A DNA stretch of 64,000 nt, from contig NC_043001.1 in NCBI RefSeq assembly GCF_006345805.1, forward strand, positions 124,000,001 through 124,064,000, written 5' to 3'. Numbering within the stretch: the first letter of the stretch is position 1; the number at the start of each line of letters is the position of its first letter. Of this stretch, positions 11,965-24,952 are shown piece by piece. The notes below the pieces were generated by a model. That model ran no database searches. It had not been told where the DNA came from and saw only the letters and a list, made by a program, of their open reading frames with translations. A program made the translations under genes and the position numbers. Origin of the DNA: Octopus sinensis. Its lineage: Eukaryota.

Positions 11965-12445
11965 GTTATCCCTGAAGATCAAGGTACGTAATTCCATTTT
12001 CGTTCCTCTAAGTTAAATGGCTACACTTAGAGTTGACTGCGTAAATGATCGGGGCCTGGGTTCGACTTGGAAAGAGGGTCACCGGCTCAACGAACTCAGA
12101 TCCCTAAATTTAGATGCGGGAGGACTGTGTGGGTTTAGTTCATAGAAGCAAGGGTTGTAAAAACCTCGGAAATCTGCTCTTAAACATCCAGTGTGGACAT
12201 GAAGCAATCGCAAAAGGTCATCCAGATGGTAACTACATAGAGTTTTTGTTAGGTTAGGGGATAAGGATAGTATAAGGTGTCCACAATTCAAATTGGTCGG
12301 CTACACAGACCAAAATTTGTAAACTGCACAGTCGATTTAGACAGGACGCGTAGACAGGGGCCGGGTTACTGGAAGCTGAACGCGTCCTTTCGGCGCTCAG
12401 TGACTACAGGGACAGGATTAGCGAACTATTTAAGCGGTATATGCA
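11965..12445 (+). mobile_element. Divergent Tx1-like fragment: ORF2 start and internally deleted endonuclease
   Basis: ATG at 12017 reads MATLRVDCVNDRGLGSTWKEGHRLNELRSLNLD (the L1-EN NxRGL start). Later CPQFKLVGYTD and GPGYWKLNAS are homologous to the copy 2 EN C-terminus. Confidence 0.75.
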
Positions 12446-12447
12446 TG

Positions 12448-12492
<45 letters not shown>

Positions 12493-12496
12493 TATC

Positions 12497-12905
12497 GGCG
12501 CAGACGTAGCTGTCCGATAAGAAGCTTACTTCTCAACCATATGGTAGCGAGTTCAGTCCCAATGCGTAGTAAGTGTGCCTTTTACTATAGCCTTAGGCCG
12601 ACCAAAGTCTTGAGGGTGGATTGGGTAGACGGAAACTTAAAGAAGTCCTTCGTATATACATATTCACATGTAAGTATATATCTATATGTGTGGGTCTTTG
12701 TCTCAGCGTTTGGGTTCCTATCACCACTGGGAACTAGTAATGATGTGTTTCCGTCCCTGTACCTTAGCACTTCGGCAAAAGAGGCTGATAGAAAAAGTAG
12801 TAGGTATAAAAATGTCTTGGGTTCGCGTTATCGACTAAATCCGTTGAAGGCAGTGCTCCACCATGGCCACAATCAAATGATTGAAACAAGTAAGTAAATA
12901 AAATA
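12497..12905 (+). mobile_element. SINE family A, diverged
   Basis: GGCGCAGACGTAGCTGTCCGATAAG head, central TA run, ...GTGCTCCACCATGGCC...GAAACAAGTAAG tail. Confidence 0.8.
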
Positions 12906-12922
12906 ATATATGTATGTATGTA

Positions 12923-13001
<79 letters not shown>

Positions 13002-13024
13002 GCTTATCTATCTATCTATATACA

Positions 13025-13290
13025 AAAAGGGTGAAATATAATTAATTTAATACAATTAATAAATTTCACCTAGTAGTTTTATTGTTTATCGGTATGGAAA
13101 AAAACCATATTTTGTAAAGATTATATTAATTATAATAAAGGGTTAATTGCAACATGTTGCTCAAAACCACATACCGAAAATATTAGAAATGGCAGCCAAA
13201 TAGGTCACCATTTCTCCTACTAGTAAAAAAGTCTCCACAAACAAACAGAATTTGCAACCCGTATATGGCAAAATGAAAGAAAACAACGAA
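13025..13290 (+). repeat. TA-tract-associated interspersed repeat (AAGGGTGAAATATAATTAAT start)
   Basis: Collinear homolog on the opposite strand at 42330-42613 (shared ...CATACCGAAAATATTAGAAAT.GCAG.CAAA...AAGTCTCCACAAACA). Confidence 0.75.
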
Positions 13291-13943
13291 ATCCCAGCCT
13301 ATTTGGATTAATTATAGACGAAATTCGTTTCTGGATTAGAACCAGAAGTTCATTTCCTTGTCAATATTTCCTATAAATCTAGAAATGCTAGGGGAAAAAA
13401 ACTCACCCACTACACCGGCTCGATCAGGTGACATCGAACGATCTAATGGTCTGCCAGCACCTCTACATTTATATAGACAGGCGAAATCGTATCTCCCTCC
13501 AAAATTACCACGTGAGTTGCAATCTATAGATTATTTCAAGGGCATTACTACACGTAAATTCCTCACGCTAAGAGGGACTCTTGAAGTCAAAACTACCATA
13601 AAAGATATATAGTGTACCGACAGCGTGGGAATGCAACTTGTAAGTCATCTCTCAACAACAGGGTCAGTTGCAAATCATATGATTTCATAGTTAGTGTACA
13701 TAATCCACTTTCTAATCGTCAGTGCAAGCTTAATCAAGACACATAAAAATGAACAAAATTCAACATACCAGACGAAATGTATCCAACATAGAAATGTTCA
13801 GACTTATATATCTATTTAAGATGCGGGCTTTTCAAATTACATCTCGGTACACGTGTATATTCGGAATAATTCAGCACTGAATATATTCCGGTTAAATTTA
13901 AAATTAAATATAAGATAAAATCTATATAAGAATTTATCAAGTA

Positions 13944-14163
13944 TATTTCACTACTGCCCACAAGGGGCTAAACACAGAGGGGGCAAACGGATTATGTCGA
14001 TTACATCGACCCCAGGGCGTAACTGGTACTTAATTTATCGACCCCGAAAGGATGAAAGGCAAAGTCGACCTCGGCGGAATTTGAACTCAGAACGTAACGG
14101 CAGACGAAATACGGCTACGCATTTCGCCCGGCGTGCTAACGAGTCTGCCAGCTCGCCGCCTTA
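13944..14163 (-). mobile_element. tRNA-derived SINE, family B, with 16-bp target-site duplication
   Basis: Head AAGGCGGCGAGCTGGCAG, B box GAGTTCAAATTCC. TSD AAGAATTTATCAAGTA at 13928-13943 and 14164-14179. Confidence 0.92.
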
Positions 14164-14494
14164 AAGAATTTATCAAGTAGTCAGCTTGCATACCATTTAA
14201 AGAAAAGATGTATAATCGTTCCCTTTAAATACATTTATTATATTAAGGGCATTGCTACACGTAATGCATTCCCAGATACATACACACACATATAACTGCA
14301 TCTCCGTATTAAATACACTCGCACAAAACAGAAACAAATATACACACATATATATGCATGTATACATATATACATGTGTGAATGCGTTTGCATGCGAGCA
14401 TGTGCGTATGTGTATGTATGTGTGAATGTTTACTATAATCCATGAATATTTTTGTCGTCATGTTTTCGAGTACTATTCCCTGACTGTGTGTGTG

Positions 14495-14570
14495 TGTGTT
14501 TATACGTGTGTGTGTATACGTGTGTGTGTATACGTGTGTGTGTATACGTGTGTGTGTATACGTGTGTTTG
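14495..14570. repeat. 14-bp tandem repeat (TATACGTGTGTGTG) x about 5
   Basis: Units are directly visible within a GT-rich tract. Confidence 0.85.
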
Positions 14571-15204
14571 TGTGTGTGAGTGTGAAAGTACGTGTGTAAG
14601 TGTGCACGCATGCTGGCGTACAAATGCCTGTGTTGTTCGCTAAAATAATTCAGGTCACTATAGATGAGAATGACAATGATATTATTCTCATGGTTTATAG
14701 TTCATATTTTGAAACTACTACAAATATTTTTTTCCCGAAATTTTATATTTATTTGGATCACTAAATACAATGAACAAATAAATAAATGTAAAAAAATAAA
14801 TATATAGTAAATACCTGAACAATTTCACCATTGTCTGAATTCATTGCTGTCACTGATTGATGAACCAGCAAGTACAGAAGACAAAATATCTGCTTTTGCG
14901 CGATAGAAACGATTTATTTTCGATGTATTGTATTCCTTTATGATACATACATACGAAGTGCTATGGACTAGTTCTGTAGTGCGCCCACAGTGAGAGCTAG
15001 CAGTTAACTTCATGAGGCAGTGTGCCGAGTGACATTGCTTTGTTTACTTCGCAAGTTGTTGAATTTCTGTTTATGTGATCACGTGTTGTTGTAGCCTGCG
15101 ACTTTTTCATAGACAAGAACAAAGAGCCAACGTGAAATTTGCATTAAACTTATATATATGCACAAGCATCATATATATATATATACAACAACAACAAAAT
15201 AACA

Positions 15205-15660
15205 ATAAGGGCTACAGCGAATATTCTGCTTCAATAACACAGATTTGCTTGCCGGTTGCTTGACCTTAATCAGCTGAGCATGTCCTTTGGTGGTTGATGA
15301 TATGTGCATCTTTGATCACGAGCAGAAGTAGGGGGAGGGGCATCACAGCCATGTGTCAAGTGGAATTCTTTGGAGTTTGAAAAATTCGCCTCTGGTGTTT
15401 TATTCAACATCCTTAAACAACCTTTATTTAAGGACCATTTGAGCGGGATGGGTTACTCGACCCGAAGAAAAGTCTAACTGGGCCCCACCTGCAAAGTCAT
15501 GCGCTATTTATCTTGATATGAGATTACCACTTCGCGCACATATGGTTGTGATGCATGTGCCTGGTGTACCCTTATTGGACGGGTACTCATCATGGGTATC
15601 CCGGGCTTCGTATATTTTACGCCAGTGTCACTTTGATGGGATACATTGCTCTCACTCAAC
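15205..15660 (+). repeat. Non-coding interspersed repeat ending in an (AAC/AAT)n tail
   Basis: Homologous to 28305-28861 and 15718-15910. Ends ...CTCTCACTC|AACAGCAAC. Confidence 0.8.
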
Positions 15661-15717
15661 AGCAACAACAACAACAACAACAACAACAAACCAATAACAA
15701 TAATAATAATAATAGTG

Positions 15718-15910
15718 GGTTCTGATCTTTACAGAACATGTACATGTTTTGGTCTTGGTATAACTGATGAGCTACAGCAAATATTCTGCTCAATACTAGA
15801 TTTGTTTTAACTTAACCAGTTAGTGGCTAATGATATGTACGGCTCTGACCATGTGCAGAAATAGTGGGGGAGCACCATAGCCATGAGCTGAGAGAAATCC
15901 TTTGGGGTTG
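15718..15910 (+). repeat. Partial second copy of the (AAT)n-flanked non-coding repeat
   Basis: Matches the 5' part of 28305-28861 (TCTGATCTT...GCTACAGCAAATATTCTGCTCAATAC...). Confidence 0.7.
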
Positions 15911-16049
15911 GAATAATGAGGCACCTGAAAGATTATCAGGAGGGTCTTATGCACTTGAGTGGTTACCTAAGGGTACAGGTACTACCCCGCTACTCACATG
16001 AATTCTACCAGGAATAAGAACGAAACAGAATCAAATCAATGATAATAAT

Positions 16050-16417
16050 AACTAGAGCTCTCAGAGAGCGCAAACCTCCGCCAAGGCAACACCAATGACC
16101 TCTCAACGATTAACCGGAGATGATTTTTAGAATGAAAATATCTGAAATACACTCGACTGCTTTCACAAACGAGAATACTAAAACTGAACCCACCGCTCTC
16201 AAAAATCAGGCTAAATAATAAAAACAGGAAAAACAATCCAGAATCCTTGTACAGTACAAGATCGATCCCAAAATCTGGACAGTTCGTGCCAGTTACAAGG
16301 TCAAACAGCACTGACAGTTTCATCCGAATCCATCATGCGGTTCTTGAGATATCTTGTCCACGGACAAACAAACACGACTGAAAACAATACCTCCGCCTTA
16401 GCTACGGGGAAAGTAAT
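16050..16417 (+). mobile_element. Helentron/HINE-like non-autonomous element
   Basis: Subterminal ACCTCCGCC motif at both ends (16074 and 16389), a degenerate 3' hairpin TACCTCCGCCTTAGCTACGGGGAAAGTA, and a short CAAA microsatellite near the 3' end. Confidence 0.5.
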
Positions 16418-16509
16418 AAAATAACAACAACAACAACAACAACAGCAACAACAACAGCAAGAAACAACAACTTCTTCACAACGACAACTTTAACAACAAC
16501 AAGAATAAT

Positions 16510-16897
16510 AATCCTTTCTACTATAGGTACAAGGTCTGAAGTTTGTCGGGAGGGAACTAGTCGATTACATCGACCCCAGTGATTTCATTTGTACTTAATT
16601 TATCGACCTTGAAAGGCTGAAAAGCAGAGTCGTCTTCGGTGGGATTTGAACTCAGAACGTAGCGATGGACGAAATACAGCTAAGCATTTAGTCCAGCGTG
16701 CTAACGATTTTGCCATCTCGCCCGCCTTAGCAATAACGATAATAATCCTTTCTGTTATAGGCACAAGGCCTGAAATTTGTGGCGTGGGGACTTGTCGGTT
16801 AGATCGACTCTAGTATTTCACTGGCACTTAATTTATCGACCCCGAAACGATGAAAGGCAAAGTGGACCTCAGCGTAATTTGAACTCAGAACGTAAAG
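16510..16897 (-). mobile_element. Two adjacent SINE family B copies (16510-16728 near complete; 16744-16897 partial)
   Basis: Both contain TTTATCGAC...GAAAG...ATTTGAACTCAGAACGT, homologous to 13944-14163. Confidence 0.85.
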
Positions 16898-17515
16898 ACA
16901 TCATTGATGGAAGTTTGGTAACCACATAGGTTATGGTATTGGGAGTGGTTGTATAATTGTGGTTGCATTGATGATTGTTGTTTTGACCTCGGCTTTCATA
17001 ATAAGTCTAGGATTGGTCCCCACTTTTGAAGTAATGTTTGTGTTGATAGTGAAAAGGGGAGTATAGGCGATTAGAGGAGCAGTGTTTGTGTTAGCGTTGG
17101 TGTTGGTTGTAATATTCAGTATAGACTTTGATGTTATTCTTGTTGATGCGGCTGAGTCGACAAACAATTTAAACAGTGTCCCAGTCATGACTAATCTATA
17201 ATAATGTTTTGATATGCGCTGTCCTAATGTCTGCGTCTTATGCTTTTTGTTATTCGTTTTTGTTTTTGCTAATTTTGTTATTTTTGCCCGCGACATTTCA
17301 AACACACCCTGACCATTTTTTCCTTTTTTTTTACAATTAAAGTGTATCTGGGATTATATTACTCAATGTGTATTTCACCTTTTTTTAAAAGATAGTCGAG
17401 ATGAAAACGAGATATTTGTGGATTATTTCTAGCACATCCCAGACATCCCAGACACATCCTGGTATGTTCTAGAAATAGTCCCCATGTTTGTACACAGACA
17501 TACATATATGTGTGT

Positions 17516-17898
17516 GGAGGCGCAATGGCCCAGTGGTTAGGGCAGCGGACTCGCGGTCATAGGATCGCGGTTTCGATTCCCAGACCGGGCGTTGTGAGTG
17601 TTTATTGAGCGAAAACACCTAAAAGCTCCACGAGGCTCCGGCAGGGATGGTGGTGATCCCTGCTGTACTCTTTCGCCACAACTTTCTCTCACTCTTACTT
17701 CCTGTTTCTGTTGTACCTGTATTTCAAAGGGCCAGCCTTGTCACTCTCTGTGTCACGCTGAATATCCCCGAGAACTACGTTAAGGGTACACGTGTCTGTG
17801 GAGTGCTCAGCCACTTACACGTTAATTTCACGAGCAGGCTGTTCCGTTGATTCGGATCAACCGGAACCCTCGTCGTCGTAACCGACGGAGTGCTTCCA
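17516..17898 (+). mobile_element. tRNA-derived SINE, family C (GC-rich)
   Basis: A box TGGCCCAGTGG and B box GTTTCGATTCC in a tRNA-like head. The 3' end CGTCGTCGTAACCGACGGAGTGC is followed by simple repeats. Confidence 0.85.
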
Positions 17899-18019
17899 TC
17901 CACATATATGTGTGTGTGCGTGTGTGTGTGTGTGTGTGCATGTGTGTGTGTGTGTACATATTTATGTCTACATGTATATATACATGTATATATCAACTTA
18001 TACATACATACATACATAT

Positions 18020-18052
<33 letters not shown>

Positions 18053-18198
18053 TGTGCGTATATATACAAATATACACACACGCGCGCGAATTCATGACTT
18101 TATCAAAATGATATAACTGCATGCATTGAAATGGCTGAAAGTAAAGTTGACCCCTTTCCAGAGTTTTAACTTTCCATGTTGCTCTTTACTGATATGCT

Positions 18199-18396
18199 CT
18201 AGTATGACTGCATAGTATTCATTGTGGACTTAATATTTTTGTTCCCCATTAAAAAAGGACATTTATTCAGATAAATTAGTAATGCTACTATTTGAATTAT
18301 TAAAGCAGCAACGTAGTACTCCCTGCCCTGCTCAACGTGCTCAATGTTGTTAAGGACGATAATCAACAAAATTCCAGCTATAGTCATTAAGTATTT
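18199..18396 (-). CDS. Candidate terminal exon encoding two hydrophobic segments
   Basis: Acceptor CTCTGCAAAATTCAG, then an open frame KYLMTIAGILLIIVLNNIEHVEQGREYYVAALIIQIVALLIYLNKC...QSY* in non-repetitive DNA. No family recognised with confidence. Confidence 0.25.
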   Translation of the reverse strand, partial: KYLMTIAGILLIIVLNNIEHVEQGREYYVAALIIQIVALLIYLNKCPFLMGNKNIKSTMNTMQSY

Positions 18397-19043
18397 CTGA
18401 ATTTTGCAGAGCAGAGAATGATCTTTTGTTATTATATATATAATTTAAAAAAAACAGTTGTAATCGTTACGTGATTTTAATTATGCTTAACTGATGTTTC
18501 AATTAATAGAAGATTCATAGTTGGCGCGGTTTTAGTTGACACCGACGCTCCTAAAAAGAGCTTGAATGTGTCCCATTCACCTCTTCTATAAAACACACTT
18601 TGCTTCTCATTTTGTGCCCACGTTAGATGATAATAATTATGGCTACTTAGATAATTCACAAAATCAATGTCACTTTTTAATTTCGTAATTAATGTTATCT
18701 TTTCTAACATTTATTATTTGCATTTATTAAATGATTGCAAATTGTGCATAAATTAGTTATTTACTGGGAATAATTATTCTTAACCGTTCCACATATCTTT
18801 TATATGTACGTACGTACCTACGTATTTATGTATGTATGCATGTATGTATGTATGTATGTATGTATGTATGTATGTATGTATGTATGTATGTATGTATGTA
18901 TTACGCATGTATGTATGTATGCATGCATGCATGTTTGTGCTTATGTATTTATGTATGTATGTACTTATGTATGTATGCATATTTTTCGTGCTTTTGCTAG
19001 ATAGTCGTTGAATCTACACTGGGTTCATTCGTCCTTGGGCTAT

Positions 19044-19420
19044 AAGCAGAATATGGATCTTTATGAGGGTTTGTTGATTTAATCAACGCCTTCCATAATG
19101 TGAATAGTGTCTCCCTGTGGAAAATACTCGGTTGTCTTGCTTGTCCAGATCATTTTGTATTGACAATTGAATCATTTCATGATAAGAATGAGGCATGAGC
19201 CAATGCCGGCGGTGGTATGGCGAGATCCATCACAGTAGAAATTTTCACTCATGGTTTTGCTGCGGATTGCTCCTCTGGGATATATGTGACATATCGAACT
19301 TTTGGTCGTCTCAGAAATTGCATCAATTTACTGCCAATTTGAATGATATTCACGCTCTTAATCGTGACTTGCTCAATGCAGATGATTGCTTCATATAGTT
19401 GGAGATTCAAAAGCATACCG
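19044..19420 (+). pseudogene. RTE (BovB-like) LINE reverse transcriptase fragment
   Basis: Degenerate QNMDLYEGFVDLINAFHNVN.VSLWKILG.L.CPDHFV..I.SFHD, GIYVTYRT.G and RDLLNADDC match RTE RT motifs (FVDLTKAFDTV, LLYADD). Confidence 0.8.
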
Positions 19421-19651
19421 GTTTCGTAAAATTACTAATCATTGCTTTGAATGCACACCGATTACTGAACGATGTCATGTCCACTAGTCTCTGAGTAAAA
19501 ATATTATGTGTAAGTGAAGTCAGGAGTTCTGGATTTGGTCAATTAGGGTAGATATAGATCTGTAATGTGAATGGTGTGTGGGATGTATGGAGGTTAGTAG
19601 TATTAATTGAAAGGTTAGTAGTACTCTGTATTATGTTATGTGTTCACATTC

Positions 19652-19684
<33 letters not shown>

Positions 19685-19692
19685 ATATATAT

Positions 19693-20006
19693 GCTGAGAC
19701 ACCCTTCTGTATGACTGACCATGAGATTGCACCTAGAAAGTTACCTTCCCAGGCACAAGTCCGGTCAAGGTTGTTTATAGAAGACCAGCAGTCGCCCATG
19801 TATACATCCTCTCTACGCCACCAGTGTTATGCAAGGAAAAGGCAAAGACCGATACAGCTTGGCACCTGTGACGTCACAACCAGTTGAGTGAACTGGAGCA
19901 ACGGGAAATAAAGTGTCTTGCTCAAGAACACAATACTCAGCCCGGTCCGGGATTCGAACTCAAAACCTCACGAACGTAAGATCTAACCACTGAGCTAGGC
20001 GCCTTC

Positions 20007-20008
<2 letters not shown>
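19693..20008 (-). mobile_element. tRNA-derived SINE, family D, with a conserved central domain and RTE-like tail
   Basis: Minus strand GTGAAGGCGCCTAGCTCAGTGGTTAG...GAGTTCGAATCCC, then TGTGTTCTTGAGCAAGACACTTTATTTC. Confidence 0.8.
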
Positions 20009-20049
<41 letters not shown>

Positions 20050-20050
20050 T

Positions 20051-21251
20051 ATTAGGGAGTATAACTCCAAACTTACAGGGAAAAATTCTATTTTGTATTA
20101 AATCAAACTTCACAATATAGATATATAAAATATAAATAGATTACAATAATATTTCTTAAATAAAAAAGTTTACTTATCTCTCAAAAGAAATATTATTGTA
20201 GTCTATATAATTATTGAGTGTTAAATATGAATATATAATTTTAATTTGTTAATGATAATTTAGATATGTACATTTATTTAATTATTATTGGTTTATAATT
20301 ATTATATCTGAACGTAAATTTTAAGATAAAAGTTTGTCACTTTGCGATCTAGATCGTAAAAACGTTTTAAATTTAACTATAAGTTTCTTATTATATTTGT
20401 AGTCATTATATATTTCTAGTACTATTAAATTTAATAATAATAGTAATAATAAGTATTTTATAAAGATATATTATACGTTTTTAATCAGGTATTTTTCAAT
20501 TCTTAATTTGTATTTCATAAATATTTTCTATAGATATCTATAATATTTATGTAAGTAGTAATGGACTAATTTATTTATTGTATATATTTATATGTTTTTG
20601 TGATAGAAAAAGTATAGATTTTTAGTTACTATATTTGTTGATTATAATTTAGATATTATTTTTATGTGTTTATTCTTTTATAATTATTATATACGAACTA
20701 AAATCTAAAAATATTAATAGCGATTATTTCGTTAAATAGTTTGGTAATTAAATATTAGAGTATAACTAGGTTAAAGATATTCTATAGTTTATTAATGTTT
20801 TTTAAGCTAAATTATATCTTCACAGATAAATACATTTTTTCTATCTATTTACTCTATTTTTTACCTTAAATAGTTAACATAATAAATGTATTGTAGGAAA
20901 CTGATATTAATGTTTTATGTTTCAAATTCAGTTAATGGAGTTTCTTCTGTGAGAAAAAAACATTATTTTATTTATTTTTTAAATTAGTATTGTTTAACAT
21001 GAAGATTGACTATAATTTTAAATTGAATTCATTTCAATTAAATTTAAATTTAATTGTAATTTAATTTAAATTATAGCCATGGAAGGTACGAAGTTTTTTT
21101 ATTTATTATATATTGATTATTCATTTTTATACTTTTTATGATCTAGTTTTATGTTTTATAAAAATACTTTTTATTTGTTATTTATTTATGTTTTAGTTTG
21201 TGTCTATCATTGTTTGAATTGCAGAATAGTGGTTTTATCTTTAATTTATCT
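20051..21251. repeat. Extremely AT-rich 1.2-kb element between TA tracts
   Basis: About 10-18% GC in the lines I counted. The ends (ATTAGGGAGTATAACTCCAAACTTACAGGGAAAAAT; AATAGTGGTTTTATCTTTAATTT) match the 2623-2835 element. Confidence 0.65.
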
Positions 21252-21259
21252 TATATATA

Positions 21260-21338
<79 letters not shown>

Positions 21339-22386
21339 TATATATATATTCATATACATATGTATGTATATGTATGTTTTATGTCTGTATATATGTGTTT
21401 GTGTGTATGCGTGTACGTATGATTTTATGTATGCATGCTTGTATGTATCCATGTATGTATGAATGTATAAACGTGCACATGTTTATATGCGTATAATCTG
21501 TGTCAATGAGCGCGCGCGTGTATTTGAGAATTATTTATTACTAAACTTGCATCTACCTGATTCTGCGATTCAAATAGGAAATGTACCGGATATTTTAGTT
21601 CATACAGGTTTTACACCTAAAACAACAGTTTTTTCAAATTCATATTTCGGCTTGCCTACTGCCAGGTTTCAGCCTTCGTAAACATGAATACAACAATAGG
21701 CGTTTATTGAAGTTTATGTATTGAAGTTCAATGCTGGCCTATCAACTTCGTAACAAGAAGCAGTCACTATTAGCTTCCTCAGTTTCAGTTTACATAGATA
21801 TTGTTGCTCCTCTGAACATTTTAGTATAGTCCTAATACGCAAAATACTATTGAGTAGCTATAATGAAACTTGACACACTCACTACCCACAAGTAAATCTT
21901 TCCTTCTTTTAAAAATCACAGAATTTGTTGCAATGACACAAGGAAGAAGAAACGCTTTTCCTAGGTAACTACGTCATTGATAAACAGTGAATGCTGCGAT
22001 AGTGCTAGGAAAAGGCAATTAAAAACAGATGACAGTGGTATTCAAGGCGGGGCAAGTGAGTACTACTCACATCCGCTTGATGCCAGACGGAACCTGACCT
22101 TGAAAACTGCAGAAACTTAATGAAAGTGCACTTACAGGAAATCATAGCGCTATTACACAAAGCTGCATTAGTAATATTCTACTTGATGTTGTAGGGGTAA
22201 TTTTAAAGAAAGGAACTGATGATGCCTGGAAATTTAATTGATTTCGTATGTTTCCATAGAGTAACGTGCGTTAATTACCCACCGCCTTCGTCAGAGAGCA
22301 TGTCTGCGTGCAATTCCTGTACCTACGCGATATTCTCGGGCATCAGGTGATTATATTTGATTGAATTAGAGAAAAAAATTATCATA

Positions 22387-22557
22387 GGCGTACGAGTGGC
22401 TGTGTGGTAAGTAGCTTGCTTACCAATAACATGGTTCCGGGTTCAGTCCCACTGCGTGGCACCTTGGGCAAGTGTCTTCTACTATAGCCTCGGGCCGACC
22501 AAAGCCTTGTGAGTGGATTTGGTGGACGAAAACTGAAGGAAGCCCATCGTATATATC

Positions 22558-22591
<34 letters not shown>

Positions 22592-22810
22592 CATGTGTGC
22601 GTGTATATGTTAGTGTGTCGTTGTTTGTCTCCCTAACATCGCTTGACAACCGACGCTGGTGTGTTTACGTCCCCGTAACTTAGCGGTGCGGCATAAGTGA
22701 CCGATAGAATAAGTACTAGGCTCACAAAGAATAAGGCCTGGGGTCGATTTGCTTGACTAAAGGTGGTGCTCCAAATGACTGAAGCAAGTAAAAGAGTAAA
22801 AGAGAGTAAA
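22387..22810 (+). mobile_element. SINE family A, full length
   Basis: Head, TA/GT middle and AAAAGAGT tail are all present. Confidence 0.9.
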
Positions 22811-24042
22811 TAGGCTACACCACAGTGATACTGCTAAATCTATCAACAGAATTTAACAGGCTGAAGCACTTTTGAATGTCGCCAACGGGGTTTTAACAAC
22901 GCATATTAAGCTATGTTAGAGTTATACATTCCCTTAATATACTACAAGGAACAAGTCGGCGAGTTGGCCGAATCATTAGCACGCTGGACGTAAAGCTTAG
23001 CAGTATTTCGCCCGTTCTGAGTAGCAAAAATTTGAAATAATATATTACAAGGAACAAAACCAAAGCTTCAAGCATCTTCAAGCGCGCGATATCAGGTCTT
23101 AATCCTATGCTACTTCACCTTGACTTTGAACAATGTAAACATCCTTACTTAAATAGGTTAAAAACCCATCACTCAACATATATTATGAATTACATTATAA
23201 CATATCTTTCACCCTTTATTTATAATAGATATTTTTCTAACATGCAAGGATGTTATCCTTTCATTATTTTAATAGCTACTCAAAAACTAACTTAGAGGTT
23301 TTATTTAGTCTCCAGCAAGAGAAGACTTGTGCGACCCAGAATCTGAAAGGATTCCCGTCATCCTCCAGTATCGAGACGATTTAAGGCTCCGAACACCACT
23401 TCCGATCCTAAAGCGATGAAGTATAGACGAGAACAGACTGGGGACAAAAGAAAAATGAAAGGAGAAGCAAACAATGTGAATTTAGCCTAGAAAACAAGTA
23501 CCTCATAAGAAGTCACTATACTCATCAATTCGCCGGGAGTGCCTAAAATTTACGGTTATCGAAAACATTCCAAGTCTATATACATTACTGAAAGCTAAAA
23601 ACGGGAACGAAATATTGTGTGGGTTGAGGAGTCAGGAGCAAATACCAAGAAACTCTAAACCCTAAGGTGTTTATTGAAAATAACAATGGTAGTCTATTGG
23701 CAAATCAGAGAGAATAATTCAGGGAATGCAGTAGTCTGGGCGATTTCTCCAAGTCTGCAGATGTTCAAAACCAAATGCTGAAGATTCAAGTTAGTGTTGA
23801 GAGAGGAATGTAAACGGAGTCCGGGAGATTACAACTCCGTGAACGGAGTCCTAATCCTCTGTAGGTGGCTTCTTATCTTGCATGCATCTGTGTAGATGTC
23901 TACCTATGATTATTCAACTTTTAATATGTATCTAATATTGCATTCTAGTTTATCCCACCACTGTTTACTATATTTAGGCAACCAAATAGTATAGAAACAC
24001 TTCTGTAATACGTGATATTATCAGATTGTTGTGACTAATAAT

Positions 24043-24418
24043 AATGGTTTTAAATTTTGTCACAAGGGCAGCCATTTTGGGGAGGAGTGAGTGAATTATA
24101 TTGATCCCAGTGTTTCACTGGTATTTAATTTATCGTCCGCGAAAGGATGAAAGACAAAGTTGACCTCGGTGGAATTTGAACTCAGAACGTAGCGGCAGAC
24201 GAAATAACTATTTCTTTACTACCCACAAGGGGCTAAACACAGAGGGAAGAAACAAGGACAGACAAACGGATTAAGTAACTGGTACTTAATTTATCGACCT
24301 CGAAAGGATGAAAAGCAAAGTCCGCCTCGGTAGAATTTGAACTCAGAACGTAGCGGCAGACGAAATACCGTTAAGCTTTTCGCGCGGTTTGCTAACGATT
24401 CGGCTAGTTCGCTGCTTT
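24043..24418 (-). mobile_element. Composite of two SINE family B 3' halves sharing one head
   Basis: The GAACTCAGAACGTAGCGGCAGACGAAATA segment occurs twice (to 24206 and to ~24367). Two different tail variants. Confidence 0.8.
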
Positions 24419-24952
24419 TTGTGACTACTACTAATAATAAGTGTTTTTATTATTTAGATACAAGTCTCGCGAATTTGCCGTGAGGGCGTTAGTATATACC
24501 AACCAGAGTATATGACTTTGTTTTATCGACCTCTAAAGGTTGAAAGTCGAAGTTGATCCTGGCGTGAGTTCAAGTCAGAACGTTCAAATAACCTCGGAGT
24601 CAATTCTGCATTCTTTCAAAGTCTATATAAAAATTCCACCAGTCAAGAACTGAAGTCAAAACTGACTTCCTATTACCTCAAAATTTCAGAAACCGTGCGT
24701 CTGTTAGAAATACATATTCAGTGAAATGGATAGCCAGAATCTTTAGAGGATGAGATAAAATGCTATGCAGTATTCCTTCAGTTTTTCTATGTTCTGATTT
24801 CAAATTTTGGGAAAAAACGATTGCCGTAGTCACCAAGATAAAAAAATCAGTGAAATGGCGGAAGCTCTATCTTCCGAAAGAATCTATAAAATTAAGTTTC
24901 TGTTGCTTTATCAAACTGCTGATCATGTTTGCCAGTTGCAACTACTGATATA

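Noticed and set aside
14825-14945. Possible minus-strand exon (EYNTSKINRFYRAKADILSSVLAGSSISDSNEFRQ)
   Set aside because: The acceptor lacks a pyrimidine tract, the best donor lies beyond an in-frame stop, and I recognised no homology.
17516-17590. tRNA gene (also the heads at 19930-20008 and 22387-22460)
   Set aside because: A and B boxes are present but there is no complete cloverleaf, and each head runs into a SINE body.
20051-21251. Possible nuclear mitochondrial insertion (NUMT), suggested by the extreme AT content
   Set aside because: I could not recognise any mitochondrial rRNA, tRNA or protein motif, and the termini match a nuclear repeat at 2623-2835. A BLAST search would settle it.
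23330-23760. Possible degraded RTE or Penelope coding remnant
   Set aside because: The fragments are ambiguous between families and too decayed to assign.
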